A stretch of 64,000 nt of DNA from Hydrurus foetidus (Eukaryota): positions 1 through 64,000 of the forward strand of contig UYFQ01000471.1 in assembly GCA_900617105.1 (NCBI GenBank). Reading direction: 5' to 3'. This document shows positions 44,958 through 58,595 of the stretch, piece after piece (position 1 is the first letter of the stretch; each line of letters opens with the position of its first letter). The notes beneath the pieces were generated by a model, which worked only from the letters and a program-made list of their open reading frames with translations, searched no databases and was not told where the DNA came from. Made by a program: the position numbers and the translations under genes.

Positions 44958-47478
44958 CTCTCTGTCTGTCGATCTCTACCTTCTCTTCTTATTCTCCACA
45001 AAACGCAGTACACCCTCATTGAATCAAAGAAAACTTACGTGCGTTACATCTCTCACGAATTGCGTACACCGCTTAACTCCGCATGCTTAGGTAACGTCAT
45101 GTTGCAAAATATTGTTCCGTATCATTCTATGTAACTTCATACACTACAGTGCACTGTACCGTAGTGTAATGTAGTACATTGTGAAGTTTTGTATGCAGAG
45201 TACATCAGCATTCGAGTTCTTGAGATTGATTTGTTGTGTTGACTTTCCAGATCACGCTTAATTGCCCTCTCTTTTCCTCTTTTTCTCTCCCCTACACCAT
45301 CACAACGTACTGCACTGCACTGTACTGTGCATGCACCTTTACCTGATCATCCTCTTAACTCTTCCTGTCTCACCCGCTTTACTGTTTCTGTCTCACCCGC
45401 TTTACTGTTTCTGTCCCACTACAGGACTGCAGCTGGTTTGCGATGAGCTGGACAAGGGCAGCGGTAAAGGCAGATGGAGGGAGAGAGACGGCTCACAGCA
45501 TCGTGAGACCCTTCTTGACGTGCAGACAGCATGTCGCATAGCCGTGGAGATCCTCAACGACCTGCTGTGTTTCGACAAATTAGAGAGCGGTATATTGGAA
45601 CTGCACAAACACGAGGTGCCGGTGAACTCTTTCATCGCAGACTGCGTGAACATGTTCGGGTCACAGGCGAGAGAAGCAGGGGTGACCATCACTACCACCT
45701 CACCCATCGAGAGCGATCAAAGCACCCCCAGATCAGGCGCATCCAGCGGTTGGCTGGACAGCGACACGGTGCTCATGGACAAGTTCAAGATGGACCAGGT
45801 GCTGAGGAACCTTATATCCAACGCTCTCAAGTTCACCCCAAGGGGCGGGTCGGTGTCTGTGCGTGCGTCCTTTGTTCCGGACCGATCACCGACAGCCACG
45901 TCCTTCTCCTCCTCTGTCGCATCGTCCCAACGACCCCACTCTGTCTCCAACATCCTGCACAAGCTGCTAAACGGCTTCAAGATAGCAGATAGCGCTTCTT
46001 ACGACACTCACTCAGTGCATTCCAGGAGGGGACTGAGCAGAGACCCCATGCTGGACCTGCAGCCCGAGCCACTTGTCCGTCCAGGCAGCACAGCAGCAGT
46101 AGCAGCAGCTGCTGTTGAAGAGATATCTCGAGAGGTGGACATCTTGGACATCAATGGTGACCACACCAGCATCGACATCGTGCTGTTGAGCAGGACCCTC
46201 CACCACTCTACCCATAAGGTCTCCTCTGGACGTCTCAGGATCGTGGTGACTGACACGGGGGCGGGGATGTCACAGGAGAACCAGGCGAGGCTCTTCAAGG
46301 AGATAGTGCAGTTCCATCCAGAGGTATTGCAGGCTGGAGGAGGCAGCGGACTGGGGCTGTATATCACGAGCAGCATCGTGCTCATGCATGGAGGCACGAT
46401 ACATGCGTACTCAGCAGGAGCAGGTAGCGGCAGCACCTTTACAGTGGAGATCGACATGCAGCTCCGTAGACCTCGCACCACCCTACCCCTCCCTCTGTCT
46501 CTTCCTCTCCCACCTATCACCAAGGACAGGGGAGGAGGCATCGGATGCGATGTATTGAACTCCTCCGCAAGGACAAAAGACAGAGACAGTAACAGAGAAA
46601 TAAAGAGTGACAGATACAGAGGTAGCAATAGAGAAAGAGAGAGGGACGGAGATGATAACAGAGAAATAAAGAGGGACAGAGGTAGAGACAGCCTTGGGAG
46701 ACATAGAGTGTCAGAGATGATGATTGCTGATATGTCAGAACGCCTCTCTCTCAATCTGCGACCATCATGCAGCGGTAAAGCATGCGTATGTTCTTCTACT
46801 GCCCCTCTCATCCACACCCATACTCGACTCTCTCCTGCAATGACTCTGTTAGGTTGCATGTCGGAGTGTCAGTCGGTCTGTGCTGCCGTCCCAGAAGAGC
46901 TCAACATGAATCAGAATACGGACGTGACTCGGACATCTATCCGCGCTCCATCTAGCTTGACTGACCGGTCGTGTTGTGCATCTACTTCGAAGAGTGGCAG
47001 TGACAGGGCGCGTGACGCATGCAGTGAGGGTGGAGTGGCGTATGACGTGTTGGTGGTGGACGACTCGAGTCTCAACAGGAAGATGCTATGCAGAGTGTTA
47101 CGCACAGCGGGATGCACCTGTGAAGAAGCCAATGACGGCCAAGGAGCGGTGAATAAAGTGATGGCAAAGATTGCGCGTGCTACAGCAGGAGGAGGTGAGG
47201 GAGAGGGAGGGGGATCGAAGGGGTACTACGATGCTGTGCTCATGGACTTCGTGATGCCCGTCATGGACGGTCCCACAGCCACGAAAGCCATCAGGGCTGT
47301 CGGGTACTTCGCCCCCATATTCGGAGTCACTGGAAACGCTCTAGACAGCGATGTTGACTACTTCGTACGGTGCGGAGCTAATGCAGTGCTGGCGAAACCG
47401 TTCGACTTCTCGCTGTTTAAAAGACTGATGAAAGAGAGGGAAAAAGCAAAAGAGAAGGAGCAAAACGTTCTTTCGTAA
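43844..47478 (+). CDS. Membrane-bound hybrid histidine kinase; exons ~43844-44746, 45009-45090, 45425-47478
   Basis: Multi-TM N-terminus; H-box YVRYISHELRTPLN in the small exon; N-box QVLRNLISNALKFT; G1 DTGAGM; G2 GGSGLGL; receiver VLVVDD...MDFVMPVMDG...AKPF. Splice phases are compatible. Confidence 0.93.
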
Positions 47479-48180
47479 GTACTTCATGTGACGTCCTTGT
47501 TCACAACATAGAGAACAAAATAAAAAGAGGACAATGGACACGAAAGATATACAGACAGACAGAAGCAGCAGCAGCCAAACGAACAACCTAAGAAAGAAAA
47601 AAGGGGAAAATTAGATAGATAAAAATTTAATGAAAAGAAGAAATTACATCATATAAATGTTTCGTTATGTCAACTCGTCAATATTTCCTATTTGAAATTT
47701 TTCAGTTAGATTATTTCAGAGGGATAATTATTATTGTAATATCTAGTGCACGCCTATTCAGCCATACCGTGCATGTCTGTTTCAGTGATATCGTGTTTAT
47801 ATCCGATCGGTTTATTGTAGTTATTTTGTTCCATTTAGCCCATCGGTCTAGTCACGATTGTGAGTCGCCTTAATTTAATTTAATTTAACGTGAAGTGCGA
47901 AACCTTTCTTTCTCTCTCCTTTCCCCCTCCCTCTAAACTGTCCTATCCTATCCTGTCATCTCAACTCCTATCCACTTCTTCTGTGTCTGTGTCTGTCTTT
48001 GCTGTTGAGGACATTGTCTCCCCAAGGCGATTAATGCGACAGGAAAGAGAAGAGCAGAACAGCCCCTACTACTTGACCCTCTCAACAATACTCCACTCTG
48101 TCTAACGGGAAGCAGAGGAGACTTATTGCGATGTACGTACATTCGTTCCTGTTAGAGGTGACTAGCGACTCGGATGGAAC

Positions 48181-48258
48181 ACCCCACTGTGGAGGGCAGA
48201 CATCGCACCCCACTGTGGAGGGCAGACATCACACCCCACTGTGGAGGGCAGACATCAC
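48181..48258. repeat. 26-bp minisatellite x3 (ACCCCACTGTGGAGGGCAGACATCRC)
   Basis: Direct reading. Confidence 0.85.
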
Positions 48259-48772
48259 AGCGCCATTCAGAGAGGCGGAGAATAGAACAGAACAGTGCCC
48301 TGATGTTACGCAGAATAAGAACAGAACGTTCCTCGATAATCATATGATCTCTTGTCCTTATCGGGAAGAATTCTCTTCAGCCCAGCCCGTTCCATTCTGT
48401 CACTCAATAACCAATAATACTTCTCACACAGTAGTCGTGCTCCAACTGCTCACTGCTCACTTCACAAGGCTCAGAGCCACCTCCTATTCCATCCCATTAG
48501 GCGGGACTGAGAGTACGGGTACGTCACAGTAATAACAATTGTAACGATGGATCTTAGACCTTCACTTCCATGAAAGGTCTCTCGACATGAAAACGAAAAC
48601 GACTCAGGTCCAGAGTGTCACTGTTCTGTAGACCGAATATGGCACAACAAAACAGATGATCTTTGTTCGACCATTTTGCGTCATTCAGATCATAGAGTAG
48701 GTGCTGTAGGAGGGCACAAGATAGCGTAGCAGCGCTCCACTTCGCTTCACAATCCATTAGATAGCAATGGAC

Positions 48773-48814
48773 AGACCAGACCAGACCAGACCAGACCAGA
48801 CCAGACCAGACCAG
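48773..48814. repeat. (CCAGA)n microsatellite
   Basis: Direct reading. Confidence 0.9.
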
Positions 48815-49329
48815 GGCGCCTCTACATTTAAATCCATTTTACTGAAAGAAGTCAAGTGACCTTCAATCAAACTCAACACTTGAAGTTCATGTTTGAGATT
48901 TGAGATCAAATGGACTGAGTGAACCGACAGCCTCTTTTCTCTTCATTTAGAGCGTCGTGATCGCTGTCATAGCATACATCGCACGATATGACGGAAGTAC
49001 TTTACTCTACTGCACTACGATCGTGATTGGGGCTGAGAGCTAGTACGTGTGTGTGTGTGCACGTTGGTAGAGAGTAACGATTGTGTAGAGTGTAGTGATA
49101 TTTAGTGTGGTATAGTGTAGTGTGGTATGGTGTGATGTGGTGGTTGCTACCTCATCCCCCTTGCTCAAGCGTCACTAATCCTTCCGTCAATCTATCAACA
49201 GTATCTCCTCTAATCGACAGACTGATCCATCGTAAACAATCCAACATCGTCCCGCACAGCTTGCAAGTGATCACTTCGCATAATAAATCATCTATTCTAA
49301 TGACTCATCATCTCGTCACTTGACTCGTC

Positions 49330-52300
49330 ATCTCTGCACGTGATACGTCTTGTCTGTTGAGCCGTTACCAGTATTATTGCCGTTACCGTTGCTGACAGAG
49401 GAGACGGAGGGGGTGGACCGCATGGTGAGAATATCTGACAGCATGAGCGGGTCGCCCAATCTCCACACAGTTAGCATGGCGGACACCTACCATGTACAGA
49501 TGGGAGGAGGATATGTCGGTCAGATGTGGAGAGGGCAGTGAGAGGACACTGTAATTCAGGAGATGGAGATACTGAGCGAGTGATTAAAGTAGAACAGTCG
49601 ATGCAGATTACATCACTCTGGAGGCGCACATTGGGATAAAGGAACGTTTCATCAGAAAAAAGGTAAGGGAAGGCACAGAAAAGAGGGGGAAGTGTTGAGG
49701 AGTATAGAAAAGAGTTGGGAAGATGAAATGAAAGGAGCTTAGAAAGGGGCCAAGAAAAGGGGTATCGAACGCAGAGGAAAGAAACAGAGCAGAGCAGAGG
49801 AAAGCAAAGCAACACGATACAAAAAGCAGTAGATAACAGACGAGGAGCACAAAAGAATACAGGTGAAGAGGAGTGGAGAAGGTGGATTCGACCAGAGATG
49901 TGCCTGCTCCAAACAAGCGCATTTCCACTCACACTTGCACTCTCGCACATACTCACGCACGTGCTAATCAAAACTCAATCAGTGACGCTAACCAAACACA
50001 CACACACACGCACGCAGGCACGCACAGAGTCACGCAGACAGACACGCTCATCCGGTATTGATGAGATATATGAGCAGACACGTGCATCTCTACTAATGCA
50101 ATTGCATTGCTGATTGGCTAGGACCAGAGTGATCTGGTCAATCACAACCACCCACAGTGTCACAGAACTCTCTTACCTTGGCGAAGGGGGTTTTGAAGAG
50201 GCCTCTCTCCTGCTCGCACAGACCCTCTAGAGCCACCGTAGCGACCAGCTCTAAGAACTCGCAGAACGAAAGTCCTTTCATGCCCTTGACAGTGTGTGCT
50301 ACATTGCGTCCAGACATATCTTGTGCAGTGTGCGGTGCATGGTAACGATGAGCGCAGGAATGGGGCGAGTAAGGGAGGGGAGGTGGATAAGAAAGATAGG
50401 AAGAGGGGTCAGAGGGATAGGGGGAGATGAAAGGAGAAAGAAAATTCTCAGGAGGGGATGGATGGCACTCTCCTATGACGCTAGCCATGTCCATATCAGT
50501 GTCTCCAATTATATCTCCCTCTTCCTCCCTCTCTCTCCTTCCCTCCCTCTCCCTCCCTCAGTCACCGTCACTGTGACTCGTCCTTGACAGAGAAGCACAG
50601 CTCGTAGGAGTTCTTGGTCGGTGATCAGTTGGGGTGCGATTGAATAGTCGAAAGCGAAACGTTTACAAGCATTGTAGCTCATCAAATAGGGGAGAGTGGA
50701 GGCTGAGGTGGTGAAAGAGGTAGAGGAAGCAGGCGTCTCAGCTGCTCTACTATTTCTCAACAATCCCGCATTGCTCTTGTTCTCAGGCTTTGCTTTGCCC
50801 CCATTCTCCCTCCATTCACCCTTCCCTTCCTCGCAACCCTCCCCTCGACCCCTGTCTGTGTGGGGGGCTGATGGGACTTCCACTATGGGCCCTAACACCC
50901 CCGACCCGCCTAGATGCGCGTGTGGGGGGTAAGGGCACTGGCTGATGTCTCTCGTCGATAAATGCTTTCCAGACGCGTCAGTGGCATAGCAGAGAAACAC
51001 CTGGAAGTAACGATAACAATAATCCGTTAGTAAGTGACAAGAGTAAAAGGGAAAATACTTGAATTGGGTGCTTGTGCCATATGGATATAAAGTGGGGAAA
51101 CAAGAAATATAAGCAGGATAGGGAACGGTGTTCGAATTTCAATACCAGGAGGAAGTCGAGTTGAAGTATAAGATTCCACTTCACATTAAAATCCCATATA
51201 GAATCCAGAGAATAGTACAAACCTCCCATAAATTAGTAGCGAATGCGAGAATGAGGAGAGGGACTCTTTCATCGAGCAAGAGATCCGATTTCATGTCTTG
51301 CAGGCGGTTAAGCTGGGCTCCATCGTACTCTCTGTGTCGCTGTCTGTGTCCGTGTTGTTGTTGGTGTGTGTCAGCTCTTATGACTCTGCTCTTCGTCCTA
51401 TTCTCCTCCTTCTCCCTCTCCTTGTCGGTGTCACTCCCATGATAGCCCTGGACGCTACTGGCCGTATCTATTATGCCGTGATACGGGCTATTATCATGAC
51501 TTTCCCTATCTCCCCCATCTCCACCATCACTGCCATCGTCACCATCATCGTAATATTCGCCCCCACCCCCAACACCACTATTTCCACCGCCGTCTCTCCA
51601 GCTGTCCCCTCTGTCATGAGCGTCTTCATCTATCCGCGCGTGAACCCTCTCAATCTTTTGCAAGTCCGAAGCAACGCTGCACCAGTGGTAAAGAGGACAC
51701 AGGCATTCCTACCGAATATCGATAAAAGCACAGTACATGGATGAGTTGAGACAAGATGTGATGAGAATAGAGAAGTAGTGATGAGAAGATACGAGATGGA
51801 TGAGATATGATGAGATGTGATGAGAAGAGACATGAATTGGGAAGGTTTGATCGTAAGGAAAAGAAGAGAAGAGAAGAGATGAGAAGACGAGAGACGAGCT
51901 AAAATGAGAAGAGGATACGTGAGAAGAAGGGAAGAGAAGAGATGAGCTCAGACGAAAAGATAGGATAAGCGAAAAAATTAGATTAGATGATAGGAGATGT
52001 CGAGAGGAAGGAAGAATTGAAAAGAGAAGAGACGAGACGAGACGGAAGAGATGAGAAGAGGATAGAAGAGGGAAGCAGAGATGATGCCTGTAGTGTCGTG
52101 AGCCAATGCACTAACATAGAAAGTAGAGGCCAAGCGAGCTAATATGTTTACATAGCATAGCCAAGCAACACATTTCACTAGATAATGACGTTCTTTGCAA
52201 TAGCTTGACAGCACACTGATCAAGAATATTAAAACTCACGAATATTGTTTTCTGCAGTGCAGTCGCTGGTCCTGACAATTGTGTTGTGCCGGAACTGGAA

Positions 52301-55300
52301 TCTGACCCAAGTTCCTCGTATATTTCCGGATAAATAATCTCCGCAATCTTAAATATCAGATGGTAAAATTGAGTGAAATTAATTGCAACGTCATCATCAT
52401 CCCTATCTTCTCTGCCCCTCTCTCCTTCTCTTCCTCTTCCTCTTCTTCCTTTTTCTCTTTCCCTGTCGACTGTTATTGACTCATCAGATCCGTTCACCAA
52501 GCAGTCACTGTTACTCTTCCTCCTGTAAGTGTTCTCAACATCAAATCCCTGAGCACTCGTCACAGGACGCACACCAGTATTAGCATTCGTGTCATTGTCC
52601 GTGTAGACACTGCCCAGTCCCTTGGTGAGGGAGGGGGAGGAGAGCAGGTATAGAGGATCCAGAGTCTGCGCCATCTCAGAGGAGGGGTAAGAGAAAGAGG
52701 AGGAGGAGGAGGGGCGGTCCTGGTTGTTGTCTGAGTCCTTCTCCTCTTCAGCCACGTGTGTCTGTACGTGAAGAAATTAATAAAGCAGATTTAACAGAAT
52801 TGAAAAATTACGAAGGAGGATCAAAACAAATTGAGTGGTAAGGAGGGATGGAAGGAAGCCAAACATTGTTCACAAGGAAAAGGGAAAAAGGACTAGGAAG
52901 ATGGTGAAATAATGTTACGGCAGTTAGTGAGATCCAGAACAGTGCATGGAGGAAATGTGTGGAAATAGAAACGATCGGAACGAAGGACGATATGATAAGA
53001 CCGTATAAGCATTTACCGGCAAGGAGGATGAGAGGATGAAGATAAGATAGAGGAAGAGGCACCGACCACACGGTATAATGTAGCCGGATATTTTTTACCT
53101 GTGTCACGGCCACATCTTGCATAAATGCGATCCAGCCCTCCAAGGGAATATATCCAGAGTCGCTTAAAAAATAGATTAAAATAAAGTAAGACGAGAAGAA
53201 AAGAAAAGAAATTCGCAGCTAGAAAAGAGATACGGGGGAATAAGGAAAGGAGAACAATGGACTCCATAGGAACATCATGATAGGCAGGAGGAGTAATTAC
53301 GAAGGTGAAAGAGGGGTGGAGAAGGAAGTCATAACAGTGATGTCAGGCTACGGTGCTGAGAGATCATCGTAGGCGCTTCATTTCATTGAACGGCACTGCA
53401 TCAACTGGGAGAATTCTACCAGCAAAATAATTAATCAGGCTAGTGGAATAAAATGGATTAGGCGCAGACTAAAAAATAAGATTAATTAGAGTAGTGTAGA
53501 ATAGAGTAGAATAGTAAAGCAAAGTGAAATAGTGGCAGGTCCAGAGAGTTGCGATGTGTGTGACCGCTACGTGTCAGACGGCAAGAATAGACAATATCGC
53601 TGTCAGTATCAGTATCACTTCGAAAGAATATATGATGGCGAGACATCATGACATGACATGACATGACATGACATGACATGACATGAAACGATATTGCCGA
53701 GTTATGCAGGACAGCTAAGTCAAGTTAGGTCAGATCAAATCGAATCGAATCAGATAAATTGAATTAAAATTGAACATAGTAAAGTGATGCAAAGTAAAGT
53801 AAAACAAAGTCTACACAAGCTAAGTCATGTAAGATAAAATCAAATCGGTTCAAGTCAAGTCGGATCAAGCTGTACCCTGTGTATGCGCGGTAGACCGTGA
53901 GCAGCAGCTTTTGTCCCCATGGGGTGAGTTTCGGAATACCCACTCCCACACCCATATGGACCCCTAAGCCCTGGGGTCTGGACTGTGGATCCATTGTGTT
54001 GTTGGATTCCATAGGGGTTGGACAGGAGGGAGAATCTCGTACTATTTCCGTTACGAACGGCACTCCTAGTGTGTCAAGACGGTTGTAATAATGATAATGA
54101 TAATGAAAATGAAGATTAAGACGGGAGAGAAGGCAGAGAGAGAGGGAGATGTCGAGGGGTGCAATGGAAGGAGGGGAATGTAATGTGTAAGGGATAGAAT
54201 AAAAATAACTCACAAAAGTTGGGGGAAAAAGAGAGGAAGAGAGGTATGGCGAGGCTTGAAACATGCCTACTAAGTCACTGACACGACAGACGCCATCCGT
54301 GCATGCGTACATCAAATGCGAGAGAGCATTGGACTCAAAACACAATATTTTAGCGTGTCTTGCAGAACACACGTACAGCGCGTCCTTACAAGACATGTAC
54401 TCATTCTCCCTCTTCCTCTCACCTGCAAAGTGCAGCATGGTGTTCATCAGTCCGGAGAGATGCACGGAAGGGGGGAGCATCTCGGTCCGTGTCCGTCCAC
54501 CCCTTTGCACCCCACTTTGACTCCTACTGAGAAATAAGGGACCTGCCCTATTGGACTTATTCTTGACAGATAATCCGCTGTGGTGATTTTGATATATCTG
54601 TCCATTTCCTGATCTAGAATAACGGATATTCCCTTCTGTTTCTCTATCCCTTCCTCTTCCTTTTCTTCTGTGTCTTTCCTTTTCTCTGTCCACTGCTCTT
54701 ATTCTCTCTCTTTCCCTCTCCCGCTCCTTCACACTCCAACACACCCCCTGACTGACTTGATGCAACTTGATCAACCTGCATTTACATCGGCATTGATGAG
54801 GACAAAGTGGAGATACACTTCATGTATGTATTGTCACGTACCATCACATCACATCATGCCATGTCAGGTCAGGTCAGGTCAGGTCAGGTCAGGTCAGGTC
54901 AGGTCAGGTCAGGCCATATTATATCTTGTCAAATGATATCGTATCATGTCATGTCATGTCATGTCATGTAAGGTCCTGACACGATAAGGCACATCATGAC
55001 ATACCATATGATGCCAGTTCATGCTATGTTACGTCATGCAGTATGACGAACGTCAGGTCACATCACTTCACTTGTAGCCGTTGCTCACCTCTGCTTTTCA
55101 CGGAAATACGTGACAATTTTCTTCCTTTCCGCGTCCTCTTTGTTCAAACAAGATGACTCGTCTTTCATCTGCATTTCATACTCTCCCTCTCCCTCTCCCT
55201 CTCCCTGTAACTCTTTCTCTCCCTTCTTTTCTCTTTCTTTTTTCTCTCTCTGATTTCCCTTTGAGCTGACTCTTGATCGACTACCTCATGATCTGGATTC

Positions 55301-57690
55301 CAGTTCACACCTTTGTCCTTTCCTCTCATCTCCCTCTCCCTCTATTCTCTTCCATCTCCTCTACCCACGACCATTCTTCAACTGACTTCCTCGATTTGAA
55401 ACCGGGATTCTTGCCCTCCTCGATCATTGTCTCTTACACTCCCTCTTCCTCTTCTTTTTTCACTGCCCACTGCACCTTCTCTCCCTCCCCTCGATGCGCT
55501 AAACTCTCTTCCAACTTTCCCTCCCCCTCCCCCTTTCCCCTCATCCTCTCTCTTCTTTCCCTCCTTATTATCAACAATATCAGAATGCCCCACGCGATCA
55601 TCAGTGCGATAATTATCACAATCACTGCATCGACTGTGACCTACCTTACTGCCTTGACTCTCTTGAGAATGTCGCACTAAATGTTCCCCAACCCTCTCGC
55701 TCTCAGTATTGCCGGTCCACGCTACTTTGCTCCAGTAGTCGTCTTCCTTCACCTCTTCCAGATTCCAGCCCAAAAGTCCGAAGTCCAGGGAGTTGGACAT
55801 ATATCTGTCCTCGATTGAGTCTTCATCTTCAGAATCGTCAATTGGAAAATTTATTTTCGATCCTTTGGGAATGATTTTGAAATTTGGTGAATATTGCTTG
55901 ACGACAATATTTTGATTGTTTTGAGTGTGGCCTCCTTCACTTCGAACAAGAATTGAAATGGACTCATCGCAGCTGCTATCGTCACTGTCTTTCATGTCGC
56001 AGTCAGCATTCTTGGCCACTTTCTTATTTTCTTTTTTAGAGCATTTCTTGTCACATTTGTCTGTGACGTCGAGTACCGCACTTTTGATTCTATTATTATA
56101 GTAACTACCTCCATCACTACGTGATCGACCATTACTACTGCCCATATTATTGGCTTCATTGATGTCGCTGCCATTACGATGAGTGTCAGAGCTGTTACTA
56201 TCAACATCGCGATGACGTTTGTTGCTGGCTTCACGAGAGACGTAACTTCCACCATCCCTCATTTTATCTGAACGGTGATAGCTGCCTCGAGTTAACACAC
56301 CATCACGCTCCCCTCTACTATCGTTATCGCTACTTCTGTTAGTGTTGGTGTTAGTGTTTTTGCTGTTGTTTGTCTGAGTTCGAGGTTCCGTACTCCCACT
56401 CCCACTCTTACTCCCACTCTTAAATCCGAACCGACCAGTGCCCCTATTTGGTCCGTCATTCGCATGTCTCTGAGGATCTCCAACGTCGCCATCATTGTCA
56501 TCACCATCATGATGACCATCGGTACGTCTATCAATGCTATCCTCTCTACCTCCCCTCCCTTCGTCCCTTCCCTCCCTCCCAACCCTGCGATCATTCCCAC
56601 TCTCATCACCGCTAATACTGACTCTCAGACCATCACCTCTGTGCACTATATTGCTGTCAGTGTTCCCCCTGTCCTTATCCTCGAGATTCCTCCCCCTGGT
56701 TGGATGCATTTTATTGTTTCGAGTTACACGGTAATCAGTGCACACAGATTCATCTACCGATGTTTCAAGGTTCAGTCGAGCCAACTCTGCGTAAGTGAGG
56801 AAGGGGTGAGAGGAGGAAAAAGAGGGGGAGGAGGGGGATAGGGAAGAAGGGGGATAGGAAGGGGAAGAAGAAGAGGAAGAACATTCGGGAGAGCTGCAGT
56901 TTGAGTCGGTTAGAAAGCTCTCAGAAACAGAGAACGAGTCAGAATCGAACACTGACAAAGTCTCCACGATGTCGGAGTAGCTGCTGTTGTCACTATCCAC
57001 TCCTCCCTCTCTCCCGCCTTCTCTTCCTTTTTCTCTCCCCCTCTTAACCGTTGGATCTTTTACTTGAGACTCCTTCGAAGATTTCCCCCGACTTCGAATT
57101 ATTTCTGGTTTTTTAGTTTCTGAAGATTTTTGAACGGATTTTTTTTTCAAATCAGATTCTATCTTTGAATCTTTTTTTACAGCTGGGATTGCAGAGCTTT
57201 TATAGTCGACATTTCTTCTTTCAAAATTGTTGTAGCCACTGGATGTGACAGATGACCTGGGTCTAGAACTACCGATTCCAGAACTTGGACCAAAAGTTCC
57301 AGATTCTTGGATCTTAATTTGAAAGGAGTCTGGACTTTTTCTCACCAAGAAAGGTCTGCTTTTGTCTCTTGTAACGGATAATTTTTTATCTTTTTCGTTC
57401 TTTAAAATTTTGTTCTGAAGTTTAGATGTAGATCCTAGACTGTTGATTCCAGATTTAGGTGCTTCTAGTTTGGCTCCTGTGATGAAGCCGACAACATCTC
57501 CCTCGAATTCGTTGCAATGTTCCTCATCTTCACTGACGTCATCAGAAAGAACGCTCTTCTCGGTCCGTGGAATGTTCCGAGCACTCTCCGCCATGTTCTC
57601 AATTCTGATGAGACACGCATGCAGAAGCTTTTTGCCGCACTCGTCTGACTCTGTACGTACAACTATTGACCGTCCGAGATTGTCATTCAC
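49330..57690 (-). CDS. Large multi-exon low-complexity protein with EF-hand/p25-alpha-like helical motifs; exon structure unresolved
   Basis: Chain of minus-strand ORFs (55378-57690, 53764-54774, 52111-52755, 51181-51663, 50509-51000, 50138-50494) separated by pyrimidine-rich introns. Conserved-looking blocks: LEGWIAFMQD, INFTQFYHLIFKIAEIIYP, CKRFAFDYSIAPQLI, LSFCEFLELVATVALEGL. Confidence 0.55.
54865..54913. repeat. (CAGGT)n microsatellite
   Basis: Direct reading. Confidence 0.9.
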
Positions 57691-58106
57691 CTGGCTACGG
57701 ACCTGTTAAGACAAAAAGATGAGAATTCCTATTAAAAAATGATAATTCAGATTAAAGGATGGCAATTCAAATCTACCGTGCATTTAATCTGATTTCGAGA
57801 GATGAGAGTAAAAATGTCTTTCACGAGTATAAATAAAGTACATCATCGGTGAGTAAGGTCAATCACAATCATATTACATACAGCAAAGTAATTTGCATGC
57901 GGTGTAAATATGTTCATGCATTCAGAGATGTAATTCAAATTCATCTATCGATCAGCATGAGGAATAAGGCTGAAAACTCATTAGTAGCCCCTACAGCATC
58001 TCCATCAAACTAGCAGATTTGCACACATCATTCAGAACCATCGCCTGCTGCATACAACCTTCATCCAGATCTTACTCCACGGACACGACACAATACAGAG
58101 ACAACA

Positions 58107-58595
58107 TTAAAAGCTGCTCAGGAATACAGTGATGCAGCACATGAGACTCACATGATTAACCGCATGCCTATCACCACCAGTAGCCATTTTGCGCCCAGAT
58201 ACTTTCATCTCAAATTGTGAGTAGTCATAATTGGCAGTAAATTCATCAGAGGAGTTCTGTTGCTCCCCATCTGAGTGCATGTGGAATGATATCTGATCTA
58301 AACGGAAAGATTTCGCCGGTACTTTATCTGACATGTTCTTCGAGAACTTAATCAAATTCCCTTCAATGATCGCACAGCACCTTTTTACTTCTGTAGCTTT
58401 TCCATGAGATTTTTCAGAAGTTGTCACAGCACAGTTAAAGGTAGGGAAGGGATCTAGAGTAGTAGCATCAGCAGCAGCTTTAGCGTCAGCTGGTCTCTTC
58501 TTAGCCACCTCAATCATTGAACTTAAGATTCGTTGCATGCTGAAATCACCTTGACTGTAAGATATGATCTTCGCAAGAAGAGACACGTACTTCAA
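58107..58595 (-). CDS. Hypothetical ORF, weakly PH-domain-like
   Basis: KRCCAIIEGNLIKF...PAKSFRLDQISF pattern; upstream frames are broken and no ATG start is clear. Confidence 0.3.
   Translation of the reverse strand: MKYVSLLAKIISYSQGDFSMQRILSSMIEVAKKRPADAKAAADATTLDPFPTFNCAVTTSEKSHGKATEVKRCCAIIEGNLIKFSKNMSDKVPAKSFRLDQISFHMHSDGEQQNSSDEFTANYDYSQFEMKVSGRKMATGGDRHAVNHVSLMCCITVFLSSF

Noticed and set aside
46008..46859. 283-aa antisense ORF in the kinase gene
   Set aside because: Antisense of a low-complexity purine-rich coding region.
48181..48258. 26-bp direct repeats as a mini CRISPR
   Set aside because: Head-to-tail tandem copies without spacers; an ordinary minisatellite.
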